Positions 1-10,526 are shown, counted from the first letter of the stretch. The stretch: 64,000 bases of DNA from Candidatus Latescibacterota bacterium (GCA_965243025.1 CBDETY010000003.1:5312001-5376000); one strand, 5' to 3'. The notes: generated by a model from the sequence alone, not told the origin. Numbers and translations are program-made.

Positions 1-968
1 AGTCCCACGAGGGAGTAGTAGCGCTGGAAGGTCTCGTCCTTCGGCAGCATGTCCCGCTCTTCGGCGTAGAGCAGGAACACGAGCCGCAGGTTCACGGTCA
101 GCAGGGCGTGGTAGACGCGGTCGGGATTGTCCGCGAGGGTCTGCCGCAGCAGCTCTCCCTTCGATGCGTCGTGGGCGGCCTGGAATCCCCGCAACATCTC
201 ATACAGGGCGTGGAGCACCTGCTCGGCTAGCCGCTCGCTGACCTCGTTCTGGAACTTCCGGCTGTCCTCGAGCAAGGCGGCCAGCCGCTTGGAACTGGGC
301 AACGATAACAGCCGGCTTTCCCTCAACAGCAGGCGCATGGCGGTGCAGATCGGCCTGCCGGAAGTCTGCACCATCTCCGCCACGCGGAAGTCCATCCAGC
401 CGGAGCTTTCACCCCGGGGCGCCGAGATCAGCCGGATCGACAAGCCGTTGAACAGCAGACCAGCCTTTACCTCGGTGCGGCGGAGAAGTCGCTCCATCCT
501 GCTGTGGGGAGAGGCCTCGAGCGCTCCTGAGCCCTTCACCTCTTTATCGAAGTCCTGCCCCGGTTCCAGGACCTGTACGAGGAGCTGCCAGTGAGACTCC
601 CCTTCCCGGGGGCTCCGCTCGCGAACGGCGAAGTCGGGGGCGAGGGTTTCCCCATCTGCGGTGGTTACTACGAGCTCGTCAGGGATGGGACTTTCCGCGG
701 TGCCGGCGTAACCCTTGGGCGAGAAGTTCCATTCGAGAACGGTCCTCGCGAAAGCCTCGAAGTCCGGCAACCACGGCACCGGATCGGCATCCTGCAGGAG
801 CGTCCTCTCCTCGACGCAGTCACGCAGCCGTCGCTGCCCTTCGGCGTCCTGCCGGTCAAGTATGGCACCTGCCCGCACCAGGGCCGGCGCGGAGACGACA
901 AGGCCGCTCGGCTGGACGAAGCCGATCCACTCGAGGTGCCTGAGTATCTGCGGGTCCAGCTTGGCCAT
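1..968 (-). CDS. drmMI: DISARM class 1 adenine methyltransferase (DrmMI / type IIG-like), 5' part, runs off window
   Basis: ATG at 968, 2 nt after the drmD stop; frame reads MAKLDPQILRHLEWIGFVQPSGLVVS...LRLVFLLYAEER, typical N-terminus of N6-MTases following DrmD; catalytic motifs lie outside the window. Confidence 0.75.
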   Translation of the reverse strand, partial: MAKLDPQILRHLEWIGFVQPSGLVVSAPALVRAGAILDRQDAEGQRRLRDCVEERTLLQDADPVPWLPDFEAFARTVLEWNFSPKGYAGTAESPIPDELVVTTADGETLAPDFAVRERSPREGESHWQLLVQVLEPGQDFDKEVKGSGALEASPHSRMERLLRRTEVKAGLLFNGLSIRLISAPRGESSGWMDFRVAEMVQTSGRPICTAMRLLLRESRLLSLPSSKRLAALLEDSRKFQNEVSERLAEQVLHALYEMLRGFQAAHDASKGELLRQTLADNPDRVYHALLTVNLRLVFLLYAEERDMLPKDETFQRYYSLVG

Positions 969-970
969 GC

Positions 971-3900
971 TCAGTTGGTCTCCGGCCACAGGTAGGCCAG
1001 GCCGACGGGCTCAACCCGGGTTGCCCGCACCTCGTAGAACTCGCGTATGCGGGCGGGTTCGACTTCAAGGTCCTTGTCGAACTGTTCGAGACGCCGCCGC
1101 CACCCCCGCATGTTCGCTTCGACTTGGTCCCGCTCCTCCTTTTCGAAGCCCAGGGTCAACTGCTTGTAGTCGCCGCGGTCGTACCTCGCGAGTTCCTCTA
1201 CCACTCGTTGGCGCTGGCGCTCCAGCGTCGTCCGCAGATCCTGCTCCTCCCGGGTGCCGCGCTCGGCCAGACGCTTAACCGCGCTGGCGGCCAGCTCCTC
1301 CGCCCGCGGCTCCAACTGCGGCAGCAGTTCCTCGATATCCTGCGCTGCGGTCTCCAGAAGCCGTTCCCGGATCGTCTCGTGCGGCAGGCGCATCCCGTTT
1401 CCGGTCAGCGCTTCCTCAAGCAGGTCGAGCGTCCGCAGCTCGGTTTCCCGGGCATACGCCCGGAGGGGCCCTTTTCGCTTCGAAGCCTCGACCCATCTCG
1501 CGGCAACCGGAACCAGCTCTTCGTGCAGGCGCTCGGCTCCGCGTCCGTACAGCGAAAGCCGTCCGAGCAGGATAACGCGCGGTATCGAATCCCTGGCCTG
1601 CGCCAGGCATGCCCGCGACAGGTCGTTGTAGATAAAGCCCTGGGCCCGGAACCGGGCTAGCAGCCGTTGTGCCACGCGCTGCTCCAGGTGCAGGTGGACG
1701 CTGTCCTCGGTGACCGCGCCGGGGTCCTCGAACACGACCGGCCGAATCGGCGCCTCCCGGCGCCAGTCGGTTACCTTCTGATCCGGCTTCTTTGGCTGTC
1801 GCAGGGTATCGAGGGTGGACGACCAGCTGGCGTCCGTTTCCGCCCTCTGGTCGAGAGCCGGAAACTCCCAAACCCGTCGTCCCTCCTGGTCGCGAGTCTC
1901 CTCCAGCGGATCCGCCCCCAGCAGTTCGAGCGAGCAGGAAAGCGCATCCCGGAAGGCTCCTTCCTCGAAGCGGACCCATCCGCGCGAACCCTGGAGCAGT
2001 GACTGGCAGCGGGCGATCTGATCCTTCAGGTCCTCCTGGCGCTCGCGGGCGCCCTCCAGCTCCTCTTCTGCGACCCGCTTCCGCTCCTCGTCCAGATCGG
2101 CATTCTCGATCTCTTCAGCGAGCTGGGCGGCGGTCGCGTGGCGGATACCGCCGCGAAGCAGCCGTTCGACATCGTCGTCGATGACCTTCGACAGGCTGCC
2201 CAGCTCCCGCTTGATCCTCTCCGTTTTCCCGACCAGCACCCCGAGAACTCGGTCCTCCGCCCGCTGGGGCAGGACGAAGTAGTGGCAGCGCACCTCCCGG
2301 GCTGGCTGCAGCTTGCGGTCGATGCGGCCGTTCCTCTGCTCGATCCTTCCCGGGTTCCAGGGCAGGTCGAAGTGGAACAGGTCGGTGCAGTGGGCCTGGA
2401 AGTTCAGACCTTCCCGCGCCGCATCCGTCGCCAGCAGAATGCGCAACGGGTCCTTGGCGGGATGGGTGTTGAAGCGCTTCTGGATCTCCCGTCGATTCTT
2501 CGAGCTGACCAGCCCGTCAATCACCTCGATGCGCTCATCCGCAAGGTCCGTTCCTGCGATCGCTTCCTCCAGGATGTTCCGCAGGTAGCGCTTGGTGCCT
2601 TCCCGGTTCTCGGTGAAGATCAGCACCCGGCGGTCGTTCCAGGGGACCGGCTCACCCTGCGCCAGCTCGCCGAAGGCAGGCAGCCCGGGGCAGAGGTTTT
2701 CCCGTATCCAATCGATCAGCCGCCGCACCTTGGCGTCGGGCAGGTACCGCGACTCCTCGGCGATTTTCTCCATCCGGTCCAGAAGCTTCTGTTCCCGGCG
2801 CCACAGCTCTTCGGCCCTTTCGTCTCGCGCACCCCCTTCCTCGGCCGCGACCGTCATCGCCTCGACCTCGGCCTCTTCTTCGGCTTCCAGCTGATCCTCT
2901 TCCCACTCCCCCCGCTCGTCATCGGAGTCCGGCGCCGTCCGCAGCAGGCTGTCCTGCTCTTCGGATTCGGGAATCTCGGCTGCGGCTTCCTGCTCACGTT
3001 CCCACTGCTTCACCACGGTGCGGCGATGCACCTTGAGGGTGCGCGCGAAAGCCTCGATGGAGGAGAGCAGGCGTTGCTGCAGCCCGACGACGAGCAGCCC
3101 GGCCGCGGCCTTGGCCCTCCGCGAGGTCGTCGCGTGCCGCTCCTCCCGGGCGGTGCGGTACCGATCGAGCAGCTTCGACAGAAGGATCTCGGGGGCGTCG
3201 GGCGGCAGGTTGTCGATCTCCAGCCTCTCGACATTGCGGCTGGGGAATCCCCCCTGGATCTCCCGGATGTCCTCCTTGAGGCGGCGCACCATCACCTCCT
3301 CGAGCTCGCTCTTTCCGCGGATCTTCACCCCGCGCGTGAACCGGTACGGGTCGAGCAGTTCCAGCAGGGTGGAGAAGCTGTTCGAGTGGCCGTTGTGGGG
3401 TGTGGCGGAGAGGAACAGTCGATGTTCGAAGCGGCCGCACAGGTCCCGGACGGCGCGCGTGAACTTGGTCTCGATCCCGTAGCGGCCCCCGCTTGAAGGT
3501 GCCGCGTGGTGGGCTTCGTCGAGGATCAGCAGACTCCCCGGCAGCAATCCTCCCAGCCATTCCCGCATGGGATCGGCGTAGGTGGGATCGATGAGGAGGT
3601 TGTGCGAGATCAGGAAACGGCTGTGCGTCCGCCACGGGTTCACCCCGAACCCCCGCTCCCGGCGAACCCGCGCCAGGTAGCGCCGGTCCAGAATCTCGAA
3701 GACCAGTCCGAAGCGCTCCTCCAACTCCCCCCTCCACTGCTCGAGCACCGAGGGGGGAGCCGATACCACGATTGTCTTGGCCTTCCTTCGCAACAGCAGC
3801 TCCCGGGCGATCAGGCCTGCCTCGATCGTCTTCCCGAGCCCGGTGTCGTCGGCGATGAACAGGTTCACCCGGGGCAGGCGCAGGGCCTTGCGCAGGGGCT

Positions 3901-4267
3901 CCATCTGGTAGGCGTCGATCTTGATGCCGGCGCGGAATGGGGACTGGAACAGGTTAGGGTCGGTCGCCGTGACGCAGTTCCAGCGCAGGGTGTGGAGGAA
4001 GGCGGCGAAGTGCCGGGGTGAGTCGAACCCTTTCGACGCGAGATCCGCCCAGCCCTCTTCCTCGAGAATCAGGCGGTCGATCTCGTAATCCCAGTAGACT
4101 TCGAGCTCCTGGCCCTGGGCGTCGTCGTCGGCGCAGGCGAGGCGAACGCGAGGTGATGCCGCTCCGTTGGCTACCACCTCCTCGACCAACCAGCGGCGGG
4201 AACGGACCAGGACCAGCTGACCCGGTTCCGGAGGTGTTTCGGGCAGGTTCCTTGTAATAGATGTCAT
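971..4267 (-). CDS. drmD: SNF2-like helicase DrmD (DISARM class 1)
   Basis: 1098 aa; ADDTGLGKT Walker A, LILDEAHH, LSATPHNG, TDAAREGLN, QRNGRIDR motifs; followed by MTase. Confidence 0.88.
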   Translation of the reverse strand: MTSITRNLPETPPEPGQLVLVRSRRWLVEEVVANGAASPRVRLACADDDAQGQELEVYWDYEIDRLILEEEGWADLASKGFDSPRHFAAFLHTLRWNCVTATDPNLFQSPFRAGIKIDAYQMEPLRKALRLPRVNLFIADDTGLGKTIEAGLIARELLLRRKAKTIVVSAPPSVLEQWRGELEERFGLVFEILDRRYLARVRRERGFGVNPWRTHSRFLISHNLLIDPTYADPMREWLGGLLPGSLLILDEAHHAAPSSGGRYGIETKFTRAVRDLCGRFEHRLFLSATPHNGHSNSFSTLLELLDPYRFTRGVKIRGKSELEEVMVRRLKEDIREIQGGFPSRNVERLEIDNLPPDAPEILLSKLLDRYRTAREERHATTSRRAKAAAGLLVVGLQQRLLSSIEAFARTLKVHRRTVVKQWEREQEAAAEIPESEEQDSLLRTAPDSDDERGEWEEDQLEAEEEAEVEAMTVAAEEGGARDERAEELWRREQKLLDRMEKIAEESRYLPDAKVRRLIDWIRENLCPGLPAFGELAQGEPVPWNDRRVLIFTENREGTKRYLRNILEEAIAGTDLADERIEVIDGLVSSKNRREIQKRFNTHPAKDPLRILLATDAAREGLNFQAHCTDLFHFDLPWNPGRIEQRNGRIDRKLQPAREVRCHYFVLPQRAEDRVLGVLVGKTERIKRELGSLSKVIDDDVERLLRGGIRHATAAQLAEEIENADLDEERKRVAEEELEGARERQEDLKDQIARCQSLLQGSRGWVRFEEGAFRDALSCSLELLGADPLEETRDQEGRRVWEFPALDQRAETDASWSSTLDTLRQPKKPDQKVTDWRREAPIRPVVFEDPGAVTEDSVHLHLEQRVAQRLLARFRAQGFIYNDLSRACLAQARDSIPRVILLGRLSLYGRGAERLHEELVPVAARWVEASKRKGPLRAYARETELRTLDLLEEALTGNGMRLPHETIRERLLETAAQDIEELLPQLEPRAEELAASAVKRLAERGTREEQDLRTTLERQRQRVVEELARYDRGDYKQLTLGFEKEERDQVEANMRGWRRRLEQFDKDLEVEPARIREFYEVRATRVEPVGLAYLWPETN

Positions 4268-4398
4268 ATGGCAGCTAAGACATCATATGCGGCGTGCAGG
4301 AGCAAGGAAAAGCCAACCCCACCTGCAATTTCAGATTGGAAAGATGGCCGGATGCAGAGGATGGATGGCTGATTCGAGTAGGGAAATGAGCCTGGGAG

Positions 4399-4638
4399 TT
4401 ACCGGTCTCGGGCGCCATGGAAGACGCTCAGGACATGGACCGCGTCGTGGTCGGAGGCGAATTCCCCCGCTTCGGCCTGGGCAAGAGACCTTCTCACCTC
4501 GGCGACCTGCTCGTCCGTCAGCCTGGAGAATGCCCCTCCTTCGCTCACGATCTGGAGCAACATGCGGCCGATGAAGTCCTGTCGGTCTTCCGGCAGTTCG
4601 GAAGCTTTCCTGAACGCCTCTTCCAGAAGCCTGGTCAT
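4399..4638 (-). pseudogene. Antitoxin-like ORF fused to the C-terminal tip of a RelE/ParE toxin (collapsed TA pair)
   Basis: MTRLLEEAFRKASELPEDRQD...AEAGEFASD resembles addiction-module antitoxins; tail AVHVLSVFHGARDR resembles the ParE/RelE C-terminus. Confidence 0.55.
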
Positions 4639-4843
4639 CGTGGGGTTTCTCCATCCGCAAGGGGTTCGAACGGCAATGGGAACAGCGCCCGTCCATGAGA
4701 ATATAGGATGGCGATGGCACCGCTACGACCTGATGCCGGCGACAGGTCGAAGGGCATTAACTGAATCCGGGTTCCAGGTATTATCTTTATGTCCCTGAAT
4801 CAGTTACCGCTCCAATCCAGCGCCCCGGACCGAACCGCCGCCG

Positions 4844-7186
4844 ATGCCGAGAAAAGCACAGCTGACCCAGGTCGGCAAGCACAAGCTCGAGATCTCCAAC
4901 CTCGACAAGGTGCTGTGGCCGCATGACGGCATCCTCAAGGCGGAGCTGATCGAGTATTACCTGAAGATCGCCCCGACCATCCTCGCCCACCTGAGGGGGC
5001 GGCCGCTGTCGTTCGTGCGTTTCCCCGACGGCATCGACGGCGAGAGCTTCTTCCAGAAGAACCGTCCCAAGTGGGCGCCGGGGTGGCTCGATCACGAGGT
5101 GATCGGAGAACCGGGCGACTCCCTCGACTACGTGCTCGCCTCGGACGAGGCCTCGATGGTCTGGATCGCCAACCACGCCTGCATCGAGGTCCATCACCTG
5201 CACTCGCGGCGGCCCCGTTTCGACAACCCCGACTACTTCGTCGTCGACCTCGATCCCCCGGAAGGGTACCCGTTCCCCGGCGTCGTCGAGCTCGCCTTCC
5301 GGGTCAGGGAGCACCTCGAGTCGCACGGCTACCACCCGTTCGCGAAGACCACCGGCCGCAAGGGGATTCACGTGGTGGCCCCGATCGAGCCGAAGTGGGA
5401 CTTCGATACGGTGTTCGCCGCGGCCAGGGGGATGTTCCAGCCGTTCGTCCGCGCCCACTCCGCGGCGACGACCCTGCACATCAAGAAGGAGGCGCGCCAG
5501 GGCAAGGTGCTCGTCGACGTGTTCCGCAACCGTCCCGCCCAGACCATCGTCGCCGCCTACAGCGTGCGCGGCTCCGCCGGCGCCCCGGTGTCGATGCCGT
5601 TGGCCTGGGAAGAGCTGGAGCAGCTCGCCGACCCGGGGGAGTACAACCTGCGCACCGCCGCCGACAAGGTGCTGAGCGAGGGAGACCCGTGGGAGGGGAT
5701 GGGGGCCTACGCCGTGCGTCTCCACACCGACCGCAAACCGGCGAAGAAGAAGAAAACCCCGGCAAAATCGAGAACCCACAAGACCCCGGACCAGCTCGTG
5801 TCCTACGCCGGCAGGCGCAGCTTCGAAAAGACCCCGGAGCCGGCCCCGGAGGTCGAGGGCGGGGACGGCAACGCCTTCGTCGTCCACCGCCACCACGCCT
5901 CCCGCCTGCACTACGACCTGCGCCTCGAGCGGGACGGGGTGCTCAAGTCCTGGGCGGTGCCCAAGGGGCTGCCGCCGCGGCCGGGCATCAAGAGGCTGGC
6001 GGTCCAGGTCGAGGACCACCCGCTGGAGTACCTCACCTTCGAGGGGCGCATCCCCAAGGGGGAGTACGGCGCCGGCCCGATGTGGGTGTACGCCCTCGGC
6101 CGCTACGAGGTCACCAACGACAAGAAGGACAGCTTCTACTTCCGCCTGCAGAGCCCCGAGCTGAGCGCCGAGTTCCGGCTGATCAACACCCGCGGCAAGG
6201 ACTGGCTGCTCGAGCGCCTCGACAACCCGCAGGTCGACTGGCTCGAGGAGTTCGTCGAGCCGATGCTGGCCGAGAACCGCGGCGAGGTGCCGGACCGCGG
6301 CGACTATCTCTACGAGCTCAAGTGGGACGGCATCCGCGCCTCGATCGCCCTCGACGAGGGGGAGGTGCGCATCCGCACCCGCAGCCGCCGGGACGTCACG
6401 GAACACTTTCCGGAACTGCTGCTGCCCGAGGAGGCGTTCCGCGCCTCGTCGGCCCTGTTCGACGGCGAGATCGTCTGCCTGAACGATCAGGGCCGGCCGG
6501 TCTTCACCGACGCGGTGGGCCGCCTGCATGCGCGCGGCGAGCGCGGCATCGAGAAGGCGCGGCAGCGCCACCCCGCCCACTGCTACCTGTTCGACTGCCT
6601 CTACCTCGACGGGCGGCCGGTCGTCGACGAGCCCCTCGACCGGCGCCGGGAGTGGCTGGAGAGCGCCCTCAAGCCGGAGTCCCCGTACCGGGTCAGCGAG
6701 GTGGTCGCCGACGGGCACGCCCTGTTCGAGGCGACGCGGCAGGCCGGGCTGGAGGGGATCGTGGCGAAGCTGCGGGAGGCCCCGTATCTTCCGGGAAAAC
6801 GCTCCGACAGGTGGCTGAAGATCAAGGTGCGGCAGACCATGGAGTGCCTGGTGGTCGGCTACACCGCGGGCAAGGGGGACCGCAGGAGCCAGTTCGGAGC
6901 CCTGCACCTGGCGACCCCCAACGGGAAGGGCCCGGGCCTCGACTACCTCGGCAAGGTCGGCACCGGCTTCGACGCAAAAACCATGACCTCGGTGATGAAG
7001 GTTCTCCGTCAGCTCGAAGAGAGTGAGCAACGGCCGATCGATGAAAAACCGCTGGACGACGCGCAGACCACCTGGATCGAGCCGCGGCTGTACTGCGAGG
7101 TGGAGTACGCGTCGTTGACCAACATGGGGACGCTGCGCGAGCCTGTGTTCGTTCGCCTGCGTCCCGACATGGAAGCGGAACAGTAG
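4844..7186 (+). CDS. ligD: NHEJ DNA ligase D (polymerase-phosphoesterase-ligase)
   Basis: POL motifs RFPDG, DLDP, KTTGRKGIH; PE motifs HHASRLHYDLRLE, SWAVPKG; ligase YELKWDG, EGIVAK, WLKIK. Confidence 0.95.
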   Translation: MPRKAQLTQVGKHKLEISNLDKVLWPHDGILKAELIEYYLKIAPTILAHLRGRPLSFVRFPDGIDGESFFQKNRPKWAPGWLDHEVIGEPGDSLDYVLASDEASMVWIANHACIEVHHLHSRRPRFDNPDYFVVDLDPPEGYPFPGVVELAFRVREHLESHGYHPFAKTTGRKGIHVVAPIEPKWDFDTVFAAARGMFQPFVRAHSAATTLHIKKEARQGKVLVDVFRNRPAQTIVAAYSVRGSAGAPVSMPLAWEELEQLADPGEYNLRTAADKVLSEGDPWEGMGAYAVRLHTDRKPAKKKKTPAKSRTHKTPDQLVSYAGRRSFEKTPEPAPEVEGGDGNAFVVHRHHASRLHYDLRLERDGVLKSWAVPKGLPPRPGIKRLAVQVEDHPLEYLTFEGRIPKGEYGAGPMWVYALGRYEVTNDKKDSFYFRLQSPELSAEFRLINTRGKDWLLERLDNPQVDWLEEFVEPMLAENRGEVPDRGDYLYELKWDGIRASIALDEGEVRIRTRSRRDVTEHFPELLLPEEAFRASSALFDGEIVCLNDQGRPVFTDAVGRLHARGERGIEKARQRHPAHCYLFDCLYLDGRPVVDEPLDRRREWLESALKPESPYRVSEVVADGHALFEATRQAGLEGIVAKLREAPYLPGKRSDRWLKIKVRQTMECLVVGYTAGKGDRRSQFGALHLATPNGKGPGLDYLGKVGTGFDAKTMTSVMKVLRQLEESEQRPIDEKPLDDAQTTWIEPRLYCEVEYASLTNMGTLREPVFVRLRPDMEAEQ

Positions 7187-7344
7187 CTGCGGGGCCGCGG
7201 GCGTCGCGAGCCTTCGCCGGCAGGCCCTGATGGACTGCTTTACAAGGTGAGGCCGAGAAATCGGCGACGAAGACCGGTGCGAGATTAATGGACGGAGCGT
7301 GGAACGCGCGCCGCCACGGAACTGCTGAAAACAGGAGGTTCAAG

Positions 7345-8259
7345 ATGAACATGCGATCCCTGTGGAAGGGGCACATCAGGTTCTCGATGGTGACGATCCC
7401 GGTGCGGCTGTACAACGCCGTCGACTCGGGGTCGACCATCCGCTTCAACCAGCTGCACAAGGAGGACAACGGCCGCGTCGGCTACGACAAGAAGTGCAAG
7501 AGCTGCGGCGAGGCCCTGAGCAACCACGACATCGTCAAGGGGTACGAGTACGCCCCTGACGAGTACGTCATCATCGAGGACGAGGACCTGCAGAAGCTCA
7601 AGCTCGCCAGCACCCGGATCATCGAGATCGAGGGGTTCGTCGACGCCGAGGAGGTCGACCAGATGCTCTACGACACCCCCTATTTCGCCGGGCCCGACGG
7701 CGAGGTCGCCAAGAAGGTGTACGGCCTGCTGGCGGGGGCCCTGGAGGCCAGCGGCAAGGTCGGCGTCGGCAAGGTGGTGATGCGGGACCGCGAGGACATG
7801 GTGCTGATCGGCCAGCAGGAGGGCGGGCTCGTCATCTACAAGGTCCGCTACCCCGAGTTCCTGCGCAGCATCGGCGACGTCCCCGAGATCCAGGAGGTCG
7901 ACGTCGCCGCCGAGGAGCTGAAGCTGGCGCAGAGCCTCGTCGACTCGATGACCACCTCGTTTTCCGACATCGAGATGAAGGACACCTACCGCGAGGCGGT
8001 GAAGGAGCTGATCGACGCCAAGGTCGAGGGCCAGGAGATCGTCGCCGTCGCCGAGGAGGTCAAGCCGGTGGTCGACATCATGTCCGCCCTCAAGGAGAGC
8101 ATCGAGCAGGCGAAGACCGAGAAGAAGCCGATGAAGCGGGCCGAGGGAGAGAAGGCAGCAGCCAAGGCGAAGCCGAAAAAGAAGGCCCCCGCAAAGAAGA
8201 AGGCGGCGAAGAAGCCGGCCGCCAGGAAGCCGGCCGCCAAGGCGAGGAAGGTGGCCTGA
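7345..8259 (+). CDS. ku: NHEJ Ku protein
   Basis: AGGAGG RBS at 7333; MRSLWKGHIRFSMVTIPVRLY, IVKGYEY, VVDIMSALKESI and basic K/A/P tail. Confidence 0.95.
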   Translation: MNMRSLWKGHIRFSMVTIPVRLYNAVDSGSTIRFNQLHKEDNGRVGYDKKCKSCGEALSNHDIVKGYEYAPDEYVIIEDEDLQKLKLASTRIIEIEGFVDAEEVDQMLYDTPYFAGPDGEVAKKVYGLLAGALEASGKVGVGKVVMRDREDMVLIGQQEGGLVIYKVRYPEFLRSIGDVPEIQEVDVAAEELKLAQSLVDSMTTSFSDIEMKDTYREAVKELIDAKVEGQEIVAVAEEVKPVVDIMSALKESIEQAKTEKKPMKRAEGEKAAAKAKPKKKAPAKKKAAKKPAARKPAAKARKVA

Positions 8260-8393
8260 TTTGCGGTCCCGGGGAACAACCTGCCGGATCGAAGGAGCAG
8301 CGTTGCGAGGTCTCGGCGTATGAATTCCAGGGAATATGCGGAACGGCATGCCGGCAGCCTTCTGAGTCGGCGGTCCGGAGGCGAGTCGGACAG

Positions 8394-9017
8394 ATGAGCA
8401 AGCTGCTTCCCTTCCCCGCGGCGAAGGCGCGCCGCCCCTCGAAGTTCGGGTACGAGCGCGTCCGCAAGCGGGACCGCAGGGACAGGAGCCAGCTCGACCT
8501 GTTTGCCGGGGGCGGCGGCAAGCTGATCGAGTTCCCGGCGGCGGGGGGGCCCGGGCCGTTCGAGGAGGCCCTGGCGCTCGAGGACGGCGGCGACGAGGGG
8601 GCGGCCCGCCGGCTCTACGAAACCGCGGTCGCCGAAGGAGACTCGGTGCCGGACGCCTACTGCAACCTCGGGGTGATCGAGTCGAAGGCGGGCGGCGTCG
8701 AGCAGGCCTTCGGCTGCTTCCGCAACGCCCTCAAGCACGACCAGCAGCACTGGGAATCCCACTACAACCTCGCCAACCTCTACTTCGACACCGAGGAGTA
8801 CCGGCCGGCCCGCGTCCATTACGAGCTGGCCGCCGAGATCGAGCCGGAGTTCCGCAACATCTACTTCAACCTCGGCCTCGTGCTGGCGATCGACGAGGAG
8901 TTCGAGCTCGCCATCGACGCCCTTTCGCGCTACCGGAAGCTCGCCCCCGACAGCGAGGCGGGGACGGCCGAGGACCTGCTGGAACATCTGAGACGTTCCC
9001 TCGAACAACAGGGCTGA
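8394..9017 (+). CDS. TPR protein with QLDLF motif
   Basis: repeats AYCNLGVI, SHYNLANLY, IYFNLGLV. Confidence 0.85.
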   Translation: MSKLLPFPAAKARRPSKFGYERVRKRDRRDRSQLDLFAGGGGKLIEFPAAGGPGPFEEALALEDGGDEGAARRLYETAVAEGDSVPDAYCNLGVIESKAGGVEQAFGCFRNALKHDQQHWESHYNLANLYFDTEEYRPARVHYELAAEIEPEFRNIYFNLGLVLAIDEEFELAIDALSRYRKLAPDSEAGTAEDLLEHLRRSLEQQG

Positions 9018-9189
9018 GCGCTTCCTGCGGGGAGGCAAACCCGCTTCTGGTCGCACCGCGCGAGCTTGTTGTTCCGGCCGTCGGTCGCGGGCCGGCCGGG
9101 GGCCGGGCATTTCGAGATGCCGTGGTTTGTGGCAACCCTGAGTGCCCATGGCTTGGCGGTCAGTTATGGGGGGCGTTCCCTGAAACTTC

Positions 9190-9289
9190 GTGGCTACCCC
9201 GGTGCGCGGCCGACCTGGAGGCGGGGTGACCAGCGGCAACCCCCGGCGGCCCCGAGTCGCGGCCGGCACCGGGGTGACACCTCTCTACA
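9190..9289. repeat. REP-like inverted repeat
   Basis: accccggtgcgcggccg (9196-9212) pairs with cggccggcaccggggt (9260-9275) apart from 1 nt; lies between convergent genes. Confidence 0.4.
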
Positions 9290-10025
9290 GGTCGCGCCGC
9301 GCGAGGCTGAACTTCTGGCCGGTCGGTCCGGGGGCCGGCTGGGCCGCCAGGAAGAGGGCCAGGGGAAGGACGTCCTCCGGTTTCTTGTTCCACTCGACGA
9401 CCCCGAACCGCGAGATACTGCCCGGGGCCGCGGGGTTCAGGGCGGTGGCAACAGGGCCGGGGATCAGCTCGTTGACGCTGATGCCGTGCTCCGAGAGTTC
9501 CGCGGCCAGCACCCGGGTCAGCATCGACAGGCCGGCCTTCGAGCAGCAGTACGCCGAGTCCCCCGCGCAGGCCCGCTGCCCCATTCCCGAACCGATGGTG
9601 ATGATCTTGCCCGACCCCCGCGCCTTCAGGTGCGGGATGGCGGCGCGGGCGCACAGGCAGGCGCCGAGCAGGTTGACCTCGAGCACCCGCCACCATTCCT
9701 CCGGGTCGCTTTCCTCGACCGGACCGGAGGCGTTGGTCCCGGCGTTGGCTACGAGGATGTCGAGGCCGCCGAACGCCTCCACGGCGCCGCGCATCAGGCG
9801 GCCGGCCTCCTCCTCCCGGGTGACGTCGGTTTCAGCGGCGAGAGCGCGGCCTCCGGATTCGGAGATGGCCGCGACCGTTTCCTCGACCTGCGTCCGGGTG
9901 CGGGCGGCGCAGACCACCGCGGCCCCCCCGGCGGCGTACCCGGCGGCGATGGCCCGGCCGATGCCGCGGCCCGCCCCGGTGACGACGGCCACCTTGCCTT
10001 CGAGTGTGCGTCCGTCTGCGGTCAT
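9285..10025 (-). CDS. SDR family oxidoreductase
   Basis: TGAGRGIG, ANAG, YCCSK motifs. Confidence 0.92.
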   Translation of the reverse strand: MTADGRTLEGKVAVVTGAGRGIGRAIAAGYAAGGAAVVCAARTRTQVEETVAAISESGGRALAAETDVTREEEAGRLMRGAVEAFGGLDILVANAGTNASGPVEESDPEEWWRVLEVNLLGACLCARAAIPHLKARGSGKIITIGSGMGQRACAGDSAYCCSKAGLSMLTRVLAAELSEHGISVNELIPGPVATALNPAAPGSISRFGVVEWNKKPEDVLPLALFLAAQPAPGPTGQKFSLARRDL

Positions 10026-10526
10026 GGTTCCTCCTCCGATGGCTGGCTGGCGTTACGGTTCGTTCGCGCAGGAATAACCGGATCGCCGCAGGCGCGGGCC
10101 ATGCCGTAGCAGCCCGGTGATCAAGTTGCTCCGCAGGCGAGGCCGAGGCATGGTGGTGTCGAAGGCAAGGCGCGCGACCGAATCGAGGGATTCGGGGAGG
10201 AAGCGCAACGCCGAATACGGCCCGAGGGGGGGCGGCAGCCCCGATGGGTTTTCCAACGGGCCGGCAGGCAGCGGACGGAAACCAACCGGTCTGGAGAAAG
10301 GGAAGCGCGGCCGTCTGCGGTCCTCCCGGTGAGAGCTGCTGCACAACCGTTACCTTGTAAGATCCGGTGAAGGGCCATGCGGACCCGGCCGGTCTCGAGG
10401 CAGGCGGAAGAGGTTGGCCACCTTCCCGATTCTCTGTGGTTCGACGGCCCCCCTTGTCTCCGGCGGCTCAGGCGCCACGCCTGAAGCAACTCCATCGACT
10501 GACTGTTACCTGAAAGGAAGTCCCGA

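Noticed and set aside
8110-8259. Low-complexity K/A/P repeat
   Set aside because: Ordinary basic C-terminal tail of Ku
10026-10526. Possible ncRNA or riboswitch in a 500-nt intergenic gap
   Set aside because: Only short hairpins (tcaggcg/cgcctga); no recognisable tRNA, SRP, RNase P, 6S or riboswitch consensus; needs an Infernal scan
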